Shown here: in pieces, positions 36,697 through 46,770 of the stretch
How the letters are laid out: each line of letters begins with the position of its first letter
How positions within the stretch are numbered: the first letter of the stretch is position 1
Source: Terriglobales bacterium
GTDB lineage: Bacteria; Acidobacteriota; Terriglobia; Terriglobales; Acidobacteriaceae
Direction: 5' to 3'
Length of the DNA stretch: 64,000 nt
Assembly (NCBI GenBank): GCA_036378535.1
Contig: DASUWH010000046.1
Coordinates: 164,520-228,519, forward strand
Made by a program: the position numbers and the translations under genes
The notes under the pieces: model-generated
Told to the model about the DNA's origin: nothing
What the model saw: only the letters and a program-made list of their open reading frames with translations
The model's database searches: none

Positions 36697-38304
36697 ATGC
36701 GGAAAAAGCTCCTTAAGTTCCTTATTCTTGTCATAGCCGTTACCCTTGTTTATGCAGAGAACGAGCCGTCCCATTTCGATGGCAAGACTTGGTGGGACTA
36801 CATCAAAGTCCTAGCCGATGACAAGATGGAAGGCCGTGAAACCGGCAGTCCCGGCTTAAAGAAAGCCGAGGCTTTCGTTGTCGAGCAGCTCAAGAAAAAT
36901 GGTCTGCAGCCCGCAGGGCTGAATGGTGGCTTCTACCAGCCGGTAAAATTCATCTCCCGCCAGATAGTGGAAAAAGATTGCAGTGCGGCGCTTATCCGAA
37001 ACGGAAAAGCAGTGTCCCTCAACATAGGTGAAGACGCCATCTTCAGCACGCGCGTCGATCTTGCGCCCCAAGTCGAAGCGCCGCTGGTTTTCGTCGGTTA
37101 CGGTCTGACGGTTCCGGAAAAGAACTATGACGATCTTGCCGGCCAGGATCTCAGGGGTAAGGTTGCGGTTATCTTTTCCGGCTCTCCCGCCGAAATACCC
37201 GGAGCTTTAGCTTCGCATTATCAGACGGCGAAAGAGCGCTGGAAGGCGCTTCGTAAGGCAGGTGCCATTGGCGTAATCAGTTTACCCAACCCCGCCTTCA
37301 TGGATGTTCCCTGGTCGCGCATCGCCTTGAACCGCGCGCATCCCAGCATGGAACTGGCGGGCGCTGAGTTCAACGAGACAGAAGGCGAGAAGCTATCGAT
37401 GTTCTTCAATCCGGCGCATGCCGATAAACTGTTTGCGGGCTCCGGGCACAGTTTCCAAGAAATTGCCGACCTCGGCAAAGACCGCAAGCCCCTGCCGCAT
37501 TTTGCTCTGTCCCTCTCGATCAAAGCTACGACCAGGGTAGACAAGACGGATATTGAATCCGCCAACATTGTTGCCAAGCTGCCCGGAAGCGACCCGCAAC
37601 TCAAGAATGAGTACGTGGTGCTCTCGGCGCACGTCGATCATATAGGCATCGGCGAGCCAATCAATGGCGATCGAATTTATAACGGCGCCATGGATGATGC
37701 CTCGGGAGATGCCGTGCTCCTGGATGTGGCCTCCTCCCTTAACAAAAATCCCGCTGATCTGAAACGCTCGCTGCTATTCGTGCTCGTAACCGGCGAGGAA
37801 AAAGGGCTGCTGGGCTCCAAGTATTTCGCGGCACATCCGACGGTCGATCCGAAGTCGATGGTCGCGGATATCAACGTCGACATGTTTTTGCCGATTATTC
37901 CGCTGAAGACTTTGACGGTCTATGGTCTCGACGAATCCGACCTTGGAGACCTGGCGCGCGCGGCTTCGCAGCAGCATGGGATTTCCGTGCAACCCGATCC
38001 CGAGCCTTTGCGCAACGTATTTATCCGCAGCGACCAGTACAACTTCATCGTGCACGGCATTCCGGCCGTAATGATGGATGTCGGCCCCACCACAGACGAG
38101 CAGAAGCAGGTGCGCAAAGACTGGCTCACCCATCGCTATCACGCGCCCTCTGATGATCTGCAACAGCCCGTTGATTTAGCAGCGGCCGCTGCTTATGAGG
38201 AAGTGGTTCGTACCTTGATGATCAAAGTAGCCGACGACAGCCAGCGCCCGGAATGGAAGGAGAACAGCTTCTTCCGCCGCTATGCCCAGAATGCAGGGGA
38301 GTAG
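36697..38304 (+). CDS. secreted M28-family aminopeptidase with PA domain
   Basis: Signal peptide. LSAHVDHIG, GAMDDASGDAVLLDVA, LVTGEEKGLLGSKYF, YHAPSDD. Confidence 0.8.
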   Translation: MRKKLLKFLILVIAVTLVYAENEPSHFDGKTWWDYIKVLADDKMEGRETGSPGLKKAEAFVVEQLKKNGLQPAGLNGGFYQPVKFISRQIVEKDCSAALIRNGKAVSLNIGEDAIFSTRVDLAPQVEAPLVFVGYGLTVPEKNYDDLAGQDLRGKVAVIFSGSPAEIPGALASHYQTAKERWKALRKAGAIGVISLPNPAFMDVPWSRIALNRAHPSMELAGAEFNETEGEKLSMFFNPAHADKLFAGSGHSFQEIADLGKDRKPLPHFALSLSIKATTRVDKTDIESANIVAKLPGSDPQLKNEYVVLSAHVDHIGIGEPINGDRIYNGAMDDASGDAVLLDVASSLNKNPADLKRSLLFVLVTGEEKGLLGSKYFAAHPTVDPKSMVADINVDMFLPIIPLKTLTVYGLDESDLGDLARAASQQHGISVQPDPEPLRNVFIRSDQYNFIVHGIPAVMMDVGPTTDEQKQVRKDWLTHRYHAPSDDLQQPVDLAAAAAYEEVVRTLMIKVADDSQRPEWKENSFFRRYAQNAGE

Positions 38305-38452
38305 CTGCAATGTGAGCAGGCGACTTTGATAAACAACTTCGAACCGTGGCAATCCTTGTGAATCCGTGGCCGCTTTTTGGTGAGCACGACCATCTGCTCA
38401 GGTCGCGAATATAATCTTGACAGCTGCGACCTGACAGTAAGGAGGAAGTGTT

Positions 38453-38851
38453 ATGGCCGGAGTCATCCCCGAGAAGTATCGCGATCTTTTCAATAAACGA
38501 GCTTTTGCCGCTCTTACTACTCTTATGCCCGATGGCAGTCCTCAAACTACACCCGTTTGGGTGGATACTGACGGCGAACACGTTATTTTCAATTCGGCGA
38601 AAGGCCGCCAGAAAGACCGTAATGTTCGCCGCGATCCGCGCGTGGCATTAGCGATCGTCGATCCCGACAATCCCTATCGCTATCTGGAAGTCCGCGGCAA
38701 GGTTGCTGAGATCACAGAGCAGGGCGCCGACGCCCACATCGATAAGATGGCGAAGAAATACCTCGGGCAAGATAAATACCCGTACCGGCAGGGCGGGGAA
38801 GTGCGCGTTATCTATAAGGTGAGGCCGGAGCACACGACCACAATGGGCTAG
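38453..38851 (+). CDS. PPOX-class (pyridoxamine-5-phosphate-oxidase-like, probably F420/FMN-dependent) small oxidoreductase
   Basis: FAALTTLMPDGSPQTTPVWVDTDGEHVIFNSAKGRQKDRNVRRDPRVALAIVD is the typical split-barrel pattern. RBS AAGGAGGAAG. Confidence 0.7.
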   Translation: MAGVIPEKYRDLFNKRAFAALTTLMPDGSPQTTPVWVDTDGEHVIFNSAKGRQKDRNVRRDPRVALAIVDPDNPYRYLEVRGKVAEITEQGADAHIDKMAKKYLGQDKYPYRQGGEVRVIYKVRPEHTTTMG

Positions 38852-38870
38852 CAGCCCATCTCATGAACAC

Positions 38871-38935
38871 AAGTTCCCTCTCGACGGCTCGGCGCAGGTT
38901 CTCCACTGCGCTTCGCTCCGGTCGCGATGACGTAG
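38871..38935 (+). repeat. composite family-1 repeat (partial copy plus full copy)
   Basis: aagttccctctcgacggctcgg + cgcaggttctccactgcgcttcgctccggtcgcgatgacg. The second half aligns with the copy at 7732-7768. Confidence 0.7.
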
Positions 38936-38971
38936 ATCGAATCAGGGATAGAACACTGCCAGGAGCTAACC

Positions 38972-39985
38972 ATCCGCGAATACAATTTATGTCTGCTAGG
39001 TTTCGGAAACGTGAACCGCAGGCTGGTTCATCTCCTGCAACAAAATCGCAGCAAGTTGCAGGAGCAGTATGGAATTTTCTGGCGGATAACCGGCATTGCA
39101 TCAAGAAGACTCGGCTGGCTGGTGGAGCCCGACGGCTTCGATCCGGCGATAGTTCTTAACTCCAGCCTTCAGCTTTCCAAGGGTCATAGTTGCGCTGACG
39201 TCCGCGAGTGGCTCCGTGCCGCCCACAGTCACGTCCTGTTCGAAGCGACATCGCTGAATGCGAAGACCGGCGAGCCGGGAATTGACCACATCCGCGCCGC
39301 GTTGCAGCTCGGAGCCCACGCTATCACTGCCAACAAAGGACCAGTCGTGCACGCCTATGAAGAACTGCGCGACTTGGCGGCAAGACAAGGTCGATCTTTC
39401 CTGTTCGAATCCACCGTCATGGACGGCGTGCCCGTCTTCTCGAGTTTTCGCGAAAACCTTCCGCTGATCGAGGTAAAAGGATTTCGCGGCATTCTTAATT
39501 CCACCACCAACGTCATTCTCTCGGGAATGGAAGAGGGCCTTAGTTTTGAAGAATCACTGAAAAGAGCCCAGAAGATCGGTGTGGCCGAAACTGACCCCAC
39601 CGACGACATCGAAGGTTGGGACGCTACTGTGAAAGTGGCCGCTCTGGTTCGCGTTGTGATGCAAGCCCCCATCGCCGTCGACAAGATCGACCGCCACGGT
39701 ATTCGCGCTTTGACCGCCGACGCGGTCCGAGCAGCGCGCGCTGCAGGAGATCCCTACAAGCTGGTCTGCCGCGCCTCGCGCAGTGGTGGCACCATCAGTG
39801 CCAGCGTGCGTCCCGAGCAGGTTCCGCTGGGCGATCCTCTCGCGCATGTCGCGGGAACTTCCTCCATAGTGTATTTTGAAACGGACATGTTTCCCGGGCT
39901 GGCGATTACCGAGATTGATCCCGGTTTGGACGCCACCGCCTATGGGATGCTCAGCGACTTCGTAAAAGCGGTTGCAGCTAAATAG
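38972..39985 (+). CDS. homoserine-dehydrogenase-family oxidoreductase (no ACT domain); probable non-canonical ATC start
   Basis: Catalytic-domain block ILNSTTNVILSGMEEGLSFEESLKRAQKIGVAETDPTDDIEGWDATVK. The Rossmann motif LLGFGNV lies upstream of the first canonical start (GTG 39011). AGGAG sits 6 nt before in-frame ATC 38972. Confidence 0.6.
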   Translation: MREYNLCLLGFGNVNRRLVHLLQQNRSKLQEQYGIFWRITGIASRRLGWLVEPDGFDPAIVLNSSLQLSKGHSCADVREWLRAAHSHVLFEATSLNAKTGEPGIDHIRAALQLGAHAITANKGPVVHAYEELRDLAARQGRSFLFESTVMDGVPVFSSFRENLPLIEVKGFRGILNSTTNVILSGMEEGLSFEESLKRAQKIGVAETDPTDDIEGWDATVKVAALVRVVMQAPIAVDKIDRHGIRALTADAVRAARAAGDPYKLVCRASRSGGTISASVRPEQVPLGDPLAHVAGTSSIVYFETDMFPGLAITEIDPGLDATAYGMLSDFVKAVAAK

Positions 39986-40045
39986 AGCATCACTCTTTGC
40001 AAGCTTGCGCTCATTGTTATCTAGAGCGGAGCAAGCCAAGTTGCG

Positions 40046-40100
40046 AAGCAATCGGCTGCGGAGTCGAGAGCCTGCCCTGAGCGAAGTCGAAGCGGACCTT
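40046..40100 (-). repeat. two adjacent family-1 repeat copies (minus orientation)
   Basis: The reverse complement reads AAGGTCCGCTTCGACTTCGCTCAGGGCAGGC preceded by GGCTCTCGACTCCGCAGCCGATT. The element ends 10 nt before ATG 40110. Confidence 0.65.
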
Positions 40101-40109
40101 GAGTTTCCT

Positions 40110-41378
40110 ATGCTAAAAATAGAATCCGAAACCGCCACGAATTTTGATGTCAGCTGGGCGCGCGCCCAATTTCCATCGTTATCCCAAACCGTGAATGGCC
40201 GTCCTGCCGCGTTTCTCGACGGTCCCGGCGGAACGCAAGTACCGCAGCGAGTCATCGATGCGATCAGCGGGTATCTGAAGCAGTCCAATGCGAATACTTG
40301 CGGAGCCTACGCGACTAGCCGGCGCACAGATACCGTGATCGCGGAAGCCCGCAAAGCCATGGCTGACTTTCTAGGTTGTGACGCCGATGAGATTGCGTTC
40401 GGCCCCAACATGACCACTCTGACGTTTGACCTGAGCCGATCCATAGGCCGCGAGCTGGGGCCAAACAATGAGATCGTCCTTACGCACCTCGACCACGATG
40501 CCAACGTATCGCCCTGGCGCGCGTTGGAAGAACGCGGCGCCACCATTCGCTTCGTAGAGATTAACGAAGCCGATTGCACTCTTGACATGGCCGACCTCGC
40601 CCGCAAGGTAACTGGCCACACTCGCCTGGTATGCGTTGGCTACGCCTCCAATGCCGTCGGCACGATCAACGATGTAAAAGAAATCGTCCGCATTGCGCAC
40701 GACGCCGGAGCTATGGTCTTCGTCGATGCGGTGCATTATGGCCCTCACGGATTCATTGAGGTGCGCGAGCTGGACTGCGACTTTCTGGCGTGTTCCACCT
40801 ATAAATTTTTCGGTCCGCACATGGGTGTGCTTTATGGAAAGCGCGAGCACCTGAAACGTCTGAAACCCTACAAAGTGCGCGCCAACACAGATGCAATTCC
40901 TAACCGCTGGGAATGGGGAACCCTGAACCACGAATGTATTGCTGGGATTACCGCATGTGTCGAGTATCTGGCAGACTTGGGACGCCGTGCCGATTCGGCT
41001 GTGTCTACTCGGCGTGACGCATTACGGTCGGCCTATAAGGCGATCCAGGGGCACGAGCACGGCCTGTCGGCGCGCATGCTGCGTGGCCTGAGGGAAATCC
41101 CAAAACTGAAGGTGTATGGAATAACAGATCCAGAACGCGTAGCTGAACGGTGCCCCACGTTTGCCATGCGCCTCGAGGGACATAGTCCGCTGGAACTCGC
41201 CACGAAGCTTGGCGACCGTGGATTTTTCACCTGGGATGGCAATTACTATGCCCTGAACCTGACCGAGCGCCTGGATGTGGAGCGCACGGGCGGATTTCTG
41301 CGAATCGGGTTCGTGCACTACAACACCATCGAAGAGGTGAACGGGGTTGTGAGCGCGCTGAAAGACATTGGCGGTTAA
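40110..41378 (+). CDS. class-V aminotransferase / cysteine-desulfurase-like PLP enzyme (SufS-related subfamily)
   Basis: FLDGPGGTQVPQRVIDAISGYL, HDANVSPW and the PLP-lysine context ACSTYKFFGPHMG. Start set after the repeat-derived extension of the raw ORF. Confidence 0.75.
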   Translation: MLKIESETATNFDVSWARAQFPSLSQTVNGRPAAFLDGPGGTQVPQRVIDAISGYLKQSNANTCGAYATSRRTDTVIAEARKAMADFLGCDADEIAFGPNMTTLTFDLSRSIGRELGPNNEIVLTHLDHDANVSPWRALEERGATIRFVEINEADCTLDMADLARKVTGHTRLVCVGYASNAVGTINDVKEIVRIAHDAGAMVFVDAVHYGPHGFIEVRELDCDFLACSTYKFFGPHMGVLYGKREHLKRLKPYKVRANTDAIPNRWEWGTLNHECIAGITACVEYLADLGRRADSAVSTRRDALRSAYKAIQGHEHGLSARMLRGLREIPKLKVYGITDPERVAERCPTFAMRLEGHSPLELATKLGDRGFFTWDGNYYALNLTERLDVERTGGFLRIGFVHYNTIEEVNGVVSALKDIGG

Positions 41379-41505
41379 ACCTGAAAGAGCGTGCCTTTAG
41401 AGCCGCATAATGTAAGTTCGCATGACTCCTTTTGGTCCTGTGTTTTTCAGGCTTTAGATACAGCTTGAATCTGCCACAGCTTCGCTCTCATCCTTTATTC
41501 TAGAT

Positions 41506-44013
41506 ATGTCTATGGCCACTCGATTCAATAAAACCGACCCGGCAGTTGCCGCTGGCGTGCTGGAGCCGCCTTCGGAAGACCGGGAACGGATTTTCGATTT
41601 ATTCCGGCGCTGGGGTTATCTTCAGGCGGATCTGGACCCGCTTGGCCTTTTTAAGCCGGTCGAACATCCAGAGTTGCAAATCGCCGGTGAAACCGCCGAT
41701 CAGGCACGCCACTATTACTGTGGAACCATCGGTGTCGATTTCATGCACATTGCTGATCCGAAGCGGCGACAGTGGATTCAGCGCCATATGGAGGCTGATC
41801 CTGGGCCAATTGCCGATCAGGGCCATGTGCTCGACCTGCTGATCCGGGCGGACATGTTCGAGCAAGTGTTGCAGCAGCGTTATCTCGGCACCAAGCGCTT
41901 TTCGCTCGAAGGTGTGACCGCTCTCATTCCGCTGGTCGACGAAGTTCTGGAAGAGGCTGGCGATCGCGGTGCCAACGAGATGGTTTTCGGGATGAGCCAT
42001 CGTGGGCGTCTCAATGCGCTGGTACACGTCGCCCGGCGTGCTCCTGAGGAGATTTTTGCCGGATTCGAAGACGTCGATCCGCGTAGCGTTTTAGGTAGCG
42101 GCGATGTGAAGTATCACATGGGGGCGACCGGCGAGTACGTGACTCGCAGCGGCGCCAAAATCCACATTCACCTCGTTTCCAATCCGAGCCACCTCGAAGC
42201 CGTAGATCCGGTTACCGTAGGCCGTACCCGCGCCAAGCAGGACCGCGCCGGTGAAGGTGGCCAACAGAAATTCTTTCCCCTGATAGTTCACGGCGACGGT
42301 GCTTTCGCCGGTCAGGGTGTTTGGGCGGAAACGCTTAATTATGCGGACGTCAAGGGTTACACCGTTGGCGGCACCATCCATGTCATCGTCAACAACCTGA
42401 TTGGGTTCACCACTACGCCTGGGGAACTGCACTCATCCCGCTTCGCAGCTGACTTGGCTAGACGCCAGTCTGTGCCGATTTTCCATGTCAATGGCGAGGA
42501 CGTTGACGCTGTGGTTCGCGTGGCGCATATGGCGCTTGAGTATCGGTACACGTTTGGCAGCGACGTAGTCATCGACCTGATCGGTTATCGCCGCCATGGT
42601 CATAGTGAAGTTGACGATCCGACCGTCACCCAGCCCTTGCTTTACAAGGCCATCAAGGAACACCCTCCCCTCTGGGAAATCTACACCGAGGATATCGGGG
42701 CGGAGGACACGCAGGCGCGCGTGGCCAAAATCCGTGAGGAATTTGAGGCCACACAGAAGAAAGCGGGCACCCTGCGAAAGAAGCCGACGCTTCGCGAATT
42801 ACCTGGATACTGGAACACCTACCAGGGCGGACGCCACAAGGCGGAGTACGAAATCAATACTGGAGTTTCCGCTAACGAACTGGAAATTGTGGGCGCGCGT
42901 CTTAGCACCTATCCGGAAGGCTTCCATATTCATCCCAAAGTGAAGAAGTTACTTGAACAGCGTACGGAAATGGCAACCGGCAAGCGGCCGGTTGATTTTG
43001 GCATGGCTGAGGCGCTCGCGTTCGGGACGCTGGTCAAGCAGGGTATTCCGATTCGCTTGAGTGGGCAGGACACACGGCGGGGTACGTTTAATCAGCGGCA
43101 CTCCGTTCTCCTCGATATTGAAAACGAGCAGGAATATGTTCCGCTCGATCATATCGCGCCCGATCAGGGGCGTTGCGAAATCTACAACTCCACCTTGTCG
43201 GAAGCTGGCGTTCTCGGATTCGAATACGGCTATAGCCGCGACTACCCCGAGGCTTTGGTTCTCTGGGAAGCGCAGTTCGGCGATTTTGCCAATGTGGCGC
43301 AGGCCATCATCGATCAGTTTGTCAGCGCGGGCGAGGACAAATGGAACCTGCTTTCCGGACTTGTACTGCTGCTGCCGCACGGGTATGAAGGGCAGGGTCC
43401 GGAGCATTCGAGCGCCCGCATTGAACGCTTCCTGCAACTGGCGGCACGCGACAATTTTCAGATCTGCCAGCCGTCCACCGCGGTGCAGTACTTCCATCTG
43501 CTGCGGCGCCAGGCTCTGCGGCATTGGCGCAAGCCGCTGGTTGTGTTCACGCCCAAGAGCATGCTGCGGCACCCCGACGCCTCGTCTTCAATCAGCGACT
43601 TCACGAGCGAGAGATTTCTGAACGTGCTGCCCGATCATGAAGTCCAAAATGCACAGAGGATTCTGTTGTGCACAGGAAAAATAGGCCACGAGCTGCGCAC
43701 GGAGCGTAAGAAGCGTAAGGATACGTCGGCCGCGATTGTCTTTGTCGAGCAGCTCTATCCTTTTCCGGAGGCGGAGCTCTCGGCGGCTATCGAACAGCAT
43801 GCGTCGGCGCGGGATATTGTCTGGGTACAAGAAGAGGCGGCGAACATGGGCGCGCTTTTCTACATGTTGCCCCGCTTGCGGAAAATTGCCGGGGACCGGC
43901 CAGTGCTTTCAGTGAAACGATCGGCTAGCGCCAGTCCGGCCACGGGGTCAGCCAAGGCGCACGAGGTCGAGCAGAAAACGCTGCTGACGCTGGCATTCAC
44001 GATTGGCGCCTAA
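41506..44013 (+). CDS. sucA: 2-oxoglutarate dehydrogenase E1 component
   Basis: 835 aa. KRFSLEG, GMSHRGRLN, HGDGAFAGQGVV-like ThDP block (VHGDGAFAGQGVWAET), GYRRHGHSEVDDP, EAQFGDF, LLPHGYEGQGPEHSS. Confidence 0.9.
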   Translation: MSMATRFNKTDPAVAAGVLEPPSEDRERIFDLFRRWGYLQADLDPLGLFKPVEHPELQIAGETADQARHYYCGTIGVDFMHIADPKRRQWIQRHMEADPGPIADQGHVLDLLIRADMFEQVLQQRYLGTKRFSLEGVTALIPLVDEVLEEAGDRGANEMVFGMSHRGRLNALVHVARRAPEEIFAGFEDVDPRSVLGSGDVKYHMGATGEYVTRSGAKIHIHLVSNPSHLEAVDPVTVGRTRAKQDRAGEGGQQKFFPLIVHGDGAFAGQGVWAETLNYADVKGYTVGGTIHVIVNNLIGFTTTPGELHSSRFAADLARRQSVPIFHVNGEDVDAVVRVAHMALEYRYTFGSDVVIDLIGYRRHGHSEVDDPTVTQPLLYKAIKEHPPLWEIYTEDIGAEDTQARVAKIREEFEATQKKAGTLRKKPTLRELPGYWNTYQGGRHKAEYEINTGVSANELEIVGARLSTYPEGFHIHPKVKKLLEQRTEMATGKRPVDFGMAEALAFGTLVKQGIPIRLSGQDTRRGTFNQRHSVLLDIENEQEYVPLDHIAPDQGRCEIYNSTLSEAGVLGFEYGYSRDYPEALVLWEAQFGDFANVAQAIIDQFVSAGEDKWNLLSGLVLLLPHGYEGQGPEHSSARIERFLQLAARDNFQICQPSTAVQYFHLLRRQALRHWRKPLVVFTPKSMLRHPDASSSISDFTSERFLNVLPDHEVQNAQRILLCTGKIGHELRTERKKRKDTSAAIVFVEQLYPFPEAELSAAIEQHASARDIVWVQEEAANMGALFYMLPRLRKIAGDRPVLSVKRSASASPATGSAKAHEVEQKTLLTLAFTIGA

Positions 44014-44043
44014 GCAGTCGTCCGCTTTAGGTGTCAAAATGCC

Positions 44044-44919
44044 TCAATTCTGAACTCGTCCCCAGGCGGACAGGTAGGCCCCGGTCAGCAGCAGCAATCC
44101 CGTTAAGAACGCCCAGAACATCATTGTGACTGAGAGGGCGAAGGGGCCATAGACTTCTTGAAAGTTCAGATAGGGAAGCGCAAGAATGTAGAGGTACTTG
44201 AGCACCTCCGACATCAATCCCATCAGCATAGCGGCAGGCAAGACCGCCCGTGCCGGTACTTTGCCATTCGGCAGCAGCCAGTAGATGAGGAAGAAGATCA
44301 CCATGGTCATCGCGATGGCGACGATCTTCATCACCACAAATCCAACCGCCCGCACGATGAAATTGGCATGCCCGTGCAAAGCGGATTCAAGTAAATGGAT
44401 ATTTCCAGCCGTCAGCCAAATTGAGAGCAGGGCTAAAACTCCGGAACTAAAAGCCAGGGCCAGCGACATGAGCTGATTCCCCAGATAAGAGCGGTTCTTC
44501 GAAAATCCCCAGATCCGATTTAAAGCCACTTCCATGGGCAGGAATACGCCCGTGGAGGTTACGAGCAGGATCAGTAGCGATGCGAGTTGTGTGCGCTGGC
44601 GTGCTCCCACCAAAGCGTTCAGGTTACGAATGACAAAATCCTGGCCGGCGGGCAGGTAGTCGTGCAAGAGATCGACGACCACGTTGTTCATCGTCTTGGA
44701 ATGAAAAAGGCGGCGAATCAGCGTCATGAGCAGCACTACAAAAGGAAAAAAGGAAAGAATTGCGTTAGCTGCGACCGAGAACGCGAACGTGTGCACCTCG
44801 GTCCTCATCAGATACTTGACGCTGGACACGACGATCCCGGACGGATCGGGCAGCCTCGGCGTGGGTTCTTCCGGGGACCGCGATTCGCGGGGAGCTATGA
44901 ATTGAAAACTTTGAGGCAC
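44044..44919 (-). CDS. YihY/BrkB-family inner-membrane protein
   Basis: About 290 aa with 6 hydrophobic helices. FAFSVAANAILSFFPFVVLL and LPNGKVPARAVLPAA resemble family hallmarks. Confidence 0.65.
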   Translation of the reverse strand: MPQSFQFIAPRESRSPEEPTPRLPDPSGIVVSSVKYLMRTEVHTFAFSVAANAILSFFPFVVLLMTLIRRLFHSKTMNNVVVDLLHDYLPAGQDFVIRNLNALVGARQRTQLASLLILLVTSTGVFLPMEVALNRIWGFSKNRSYLGNQLMSLALAFSSGVLALLSIWLTAGNIHLLESALHGHANFIVRAVGFVVMKIVAIAMTMVIFFLIYWLLPNGKVPARAVLPAAMLMGLMSEVLKYLYILALPYLNFQEVYGPFALSVTMMFWAFLTGLLLLTGAYLSAWGRVQN

Positions 44920-45054
44920 TCGATTGTGTTAATGGTACCAAAGGGGGTACCGCTTGTAAGCCAAAGCTGCTGGACTGAACCAAGTGTGCGGGTCTGCTGT
45001 TCTGCTGTGGATTTCGTCAAAATAGATAGGGCGCTCCCAGGTAGTGAGATGATC

Positions 45055-46317
45055 TTAGTGTGAACCTCCGAAGTATCCCTGCAGAATGCCAACCACCGAA
45101 CTGGTGCTGCCATCCGGACGCACCGCCCAAAGGCCACGACACTCAGAATCGATAGGCCGGTTGGGATCCCCCATCGAGGTGTCAATTGGCGCGGTTTGTC
45201 CGTTCGATTCATGACATTCATTGTCGAAGACGTTCCACATGAAGGCACCTGCGAGACCGATCGATTGCGCTTGGCTAAGAAGAGTCTTAGTACGCCAGAT
45301 AGCTTCGCTTTCCTGGCTGTTCTCGAATAGCCCATATTCGGAGATCAGAACGCGTTTTGACCCCAGTCCTAACGGATCGGGAGCAAAGCGGTAGATGGTG
45401 TTGAGCGCCTGGGTCATCGCCGCCTGCATCGAATTGGGGTCGCTGCCGGCGAGCGTCGAATCATAGGAAGAGTAGGTGACCATATCGGCGCCGACCGCGG
45501 GTACAACCGCATTCACCACTCTGTTCATTCCCTTTTGTGCATAGTCGAGCACGCGGTTGACTTCCACCGCGTTGAAGACGTTGACGCCCGATGGATTGCC
45601 GGCATCCTGCCGGGCGCGGGTGACGCCGCGTTGCCGGGCTGAAAGCCACGCAATCATGTCTTTAACCATGCCGCCGGAGATATTTTGAGTGGTGTCGTAG
45701 CCCTGTAGACCGATCCAATCGCCTTCCCAATTTTTCAGGATGAAGGTCTTCCCGGTATTCGCGTAAGTTTTGAACAGGTAAGTTGCAAGGTTGTAAAACT
45801 CGTCTTCTTCGGCCTGGATGTTCCCGTTTGCCGCGAAACCGGCTACGTGATCGTCATTGGCGAAGGTATAGGTGGTCAAAACAATAGTCTTGAACGGCAT
45901 GTTCAAGACCTTGGCATACGGCTGCGCCTGAACGAGGTCGGAAATGTAGCTGGGGTCCTGCGCCGGCCAGGAGATGGACCCCTTGTCCGGATAGTTCGTG
46001 CGAAATTGAGGAGTCAAATAGATAAAGATGGAATCGGAGCCGAGTTGCTGAATGCGCTCCGCGCCCTCCTGCAGGTAGTTCTCCTGCGTAAAGCCGTAGT
46101 TGCCGTCTGCGTGCGCTATACCGGCGGCGAAGGAATTCATGAAGTTGGCCTTCGCGGAATTACTAGAGGAATTGGAATTGTTGGGGGAACCGGAGTTATT
46201 CGGCGCGCCAGTGTTGTTCGAGTTTTTCAACGACGAAAGATTCCCTCCGCCGCAGGCAACGGTGAAGACCAGCGCTGTAAGCAAAGTGAAAATGGACGTG
46301 TAGGGTTTGTCAGACAT
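45055..46317 (-). CDS. lipoprotein with N/S-rich linker and putative clan GH-A (beta/alpha)8 glycoside-hydrolase domain
   Basis: Lipobox LVFTVAC. Linker NSNNTGAPNNSGSPNNSNSSSNS. Candidate acid/base KNWEGDW and nucleophile LISEYG motifs. The family is not identifiable by eye. Confidence 0.45.
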   Translation of the reverse strand: MSDKPYTSIFTLLTALVFTVACGGGNLSSLKNSNNTGAPNNSGSPNNSNSSSNSAKANFMNSFAAGIAHADGNYGFTQENYLQEGAERIQQLGSDSIFIYLTPQFRTNYPDKGSISWPAQDPSYISDLVQAQPYAKVLNMPFKTIVLTTYTFANDDHVAGFAANGNIQAEEDEFYNLATYLFKTYANTGKTFILKNWEGDWIGLQGYDTTQNISGGMVKDMIAWLSARQRGVTRARQDAGNPSGVNVFNAVEVNRVLDYAQKGMNRVVNAVVPAVGADMVTYSSYDSTLAGSDPNSMQAAMTQALNTIYRFAPDPLGLGSKRVLISEYGLFENSQESEAIWRTKTLLSQAQSIGLAGAFMWNVFDNECHESNGQTAPIDTSMGDPNRPIDSECRGLWAVRPDGSTSSVVGILQGYFGGSH

Positions 46318-46770
46318 ATTCCTGCCTCGGCGGGAACGACACACTGCGACAACCGAGCCTGCGCGAAGCCCGCTCAAATCAAATTGGTTTTTTGCGTGGA
46401 AGCGACCGACGCGAACCAACGCTTTGTAGTACCCGCAAGTGTTTACTGGCCGGGTACTGCTATTACCTTGGAGTTAATATACCGGAAATCCTGTAGAAAA
46501 ATGAGATCCAGAACACCTGCGATAACCCATAGCAGAGTACGTGAAGTTGTTGGATTCAGAGTAGATGGAGTAAGTTGCTGCTAAAACCATGGCGGCCTTA
46601 TGTTTGGCAGCGGCGATGCCAGGGTGCACGGAGGGTAAGAGGTCAAGGTTTGCTGTTGAAAAAAATGCAGAAAATAATTTGGGGTGGGAATCAGGAAAGA
46701 TGCTGATGCTGGGCGGAGTCAGTTTTCATTCTTTTGGAACTCAGAATCGTGCTGCTATATTCTGCCGCGC

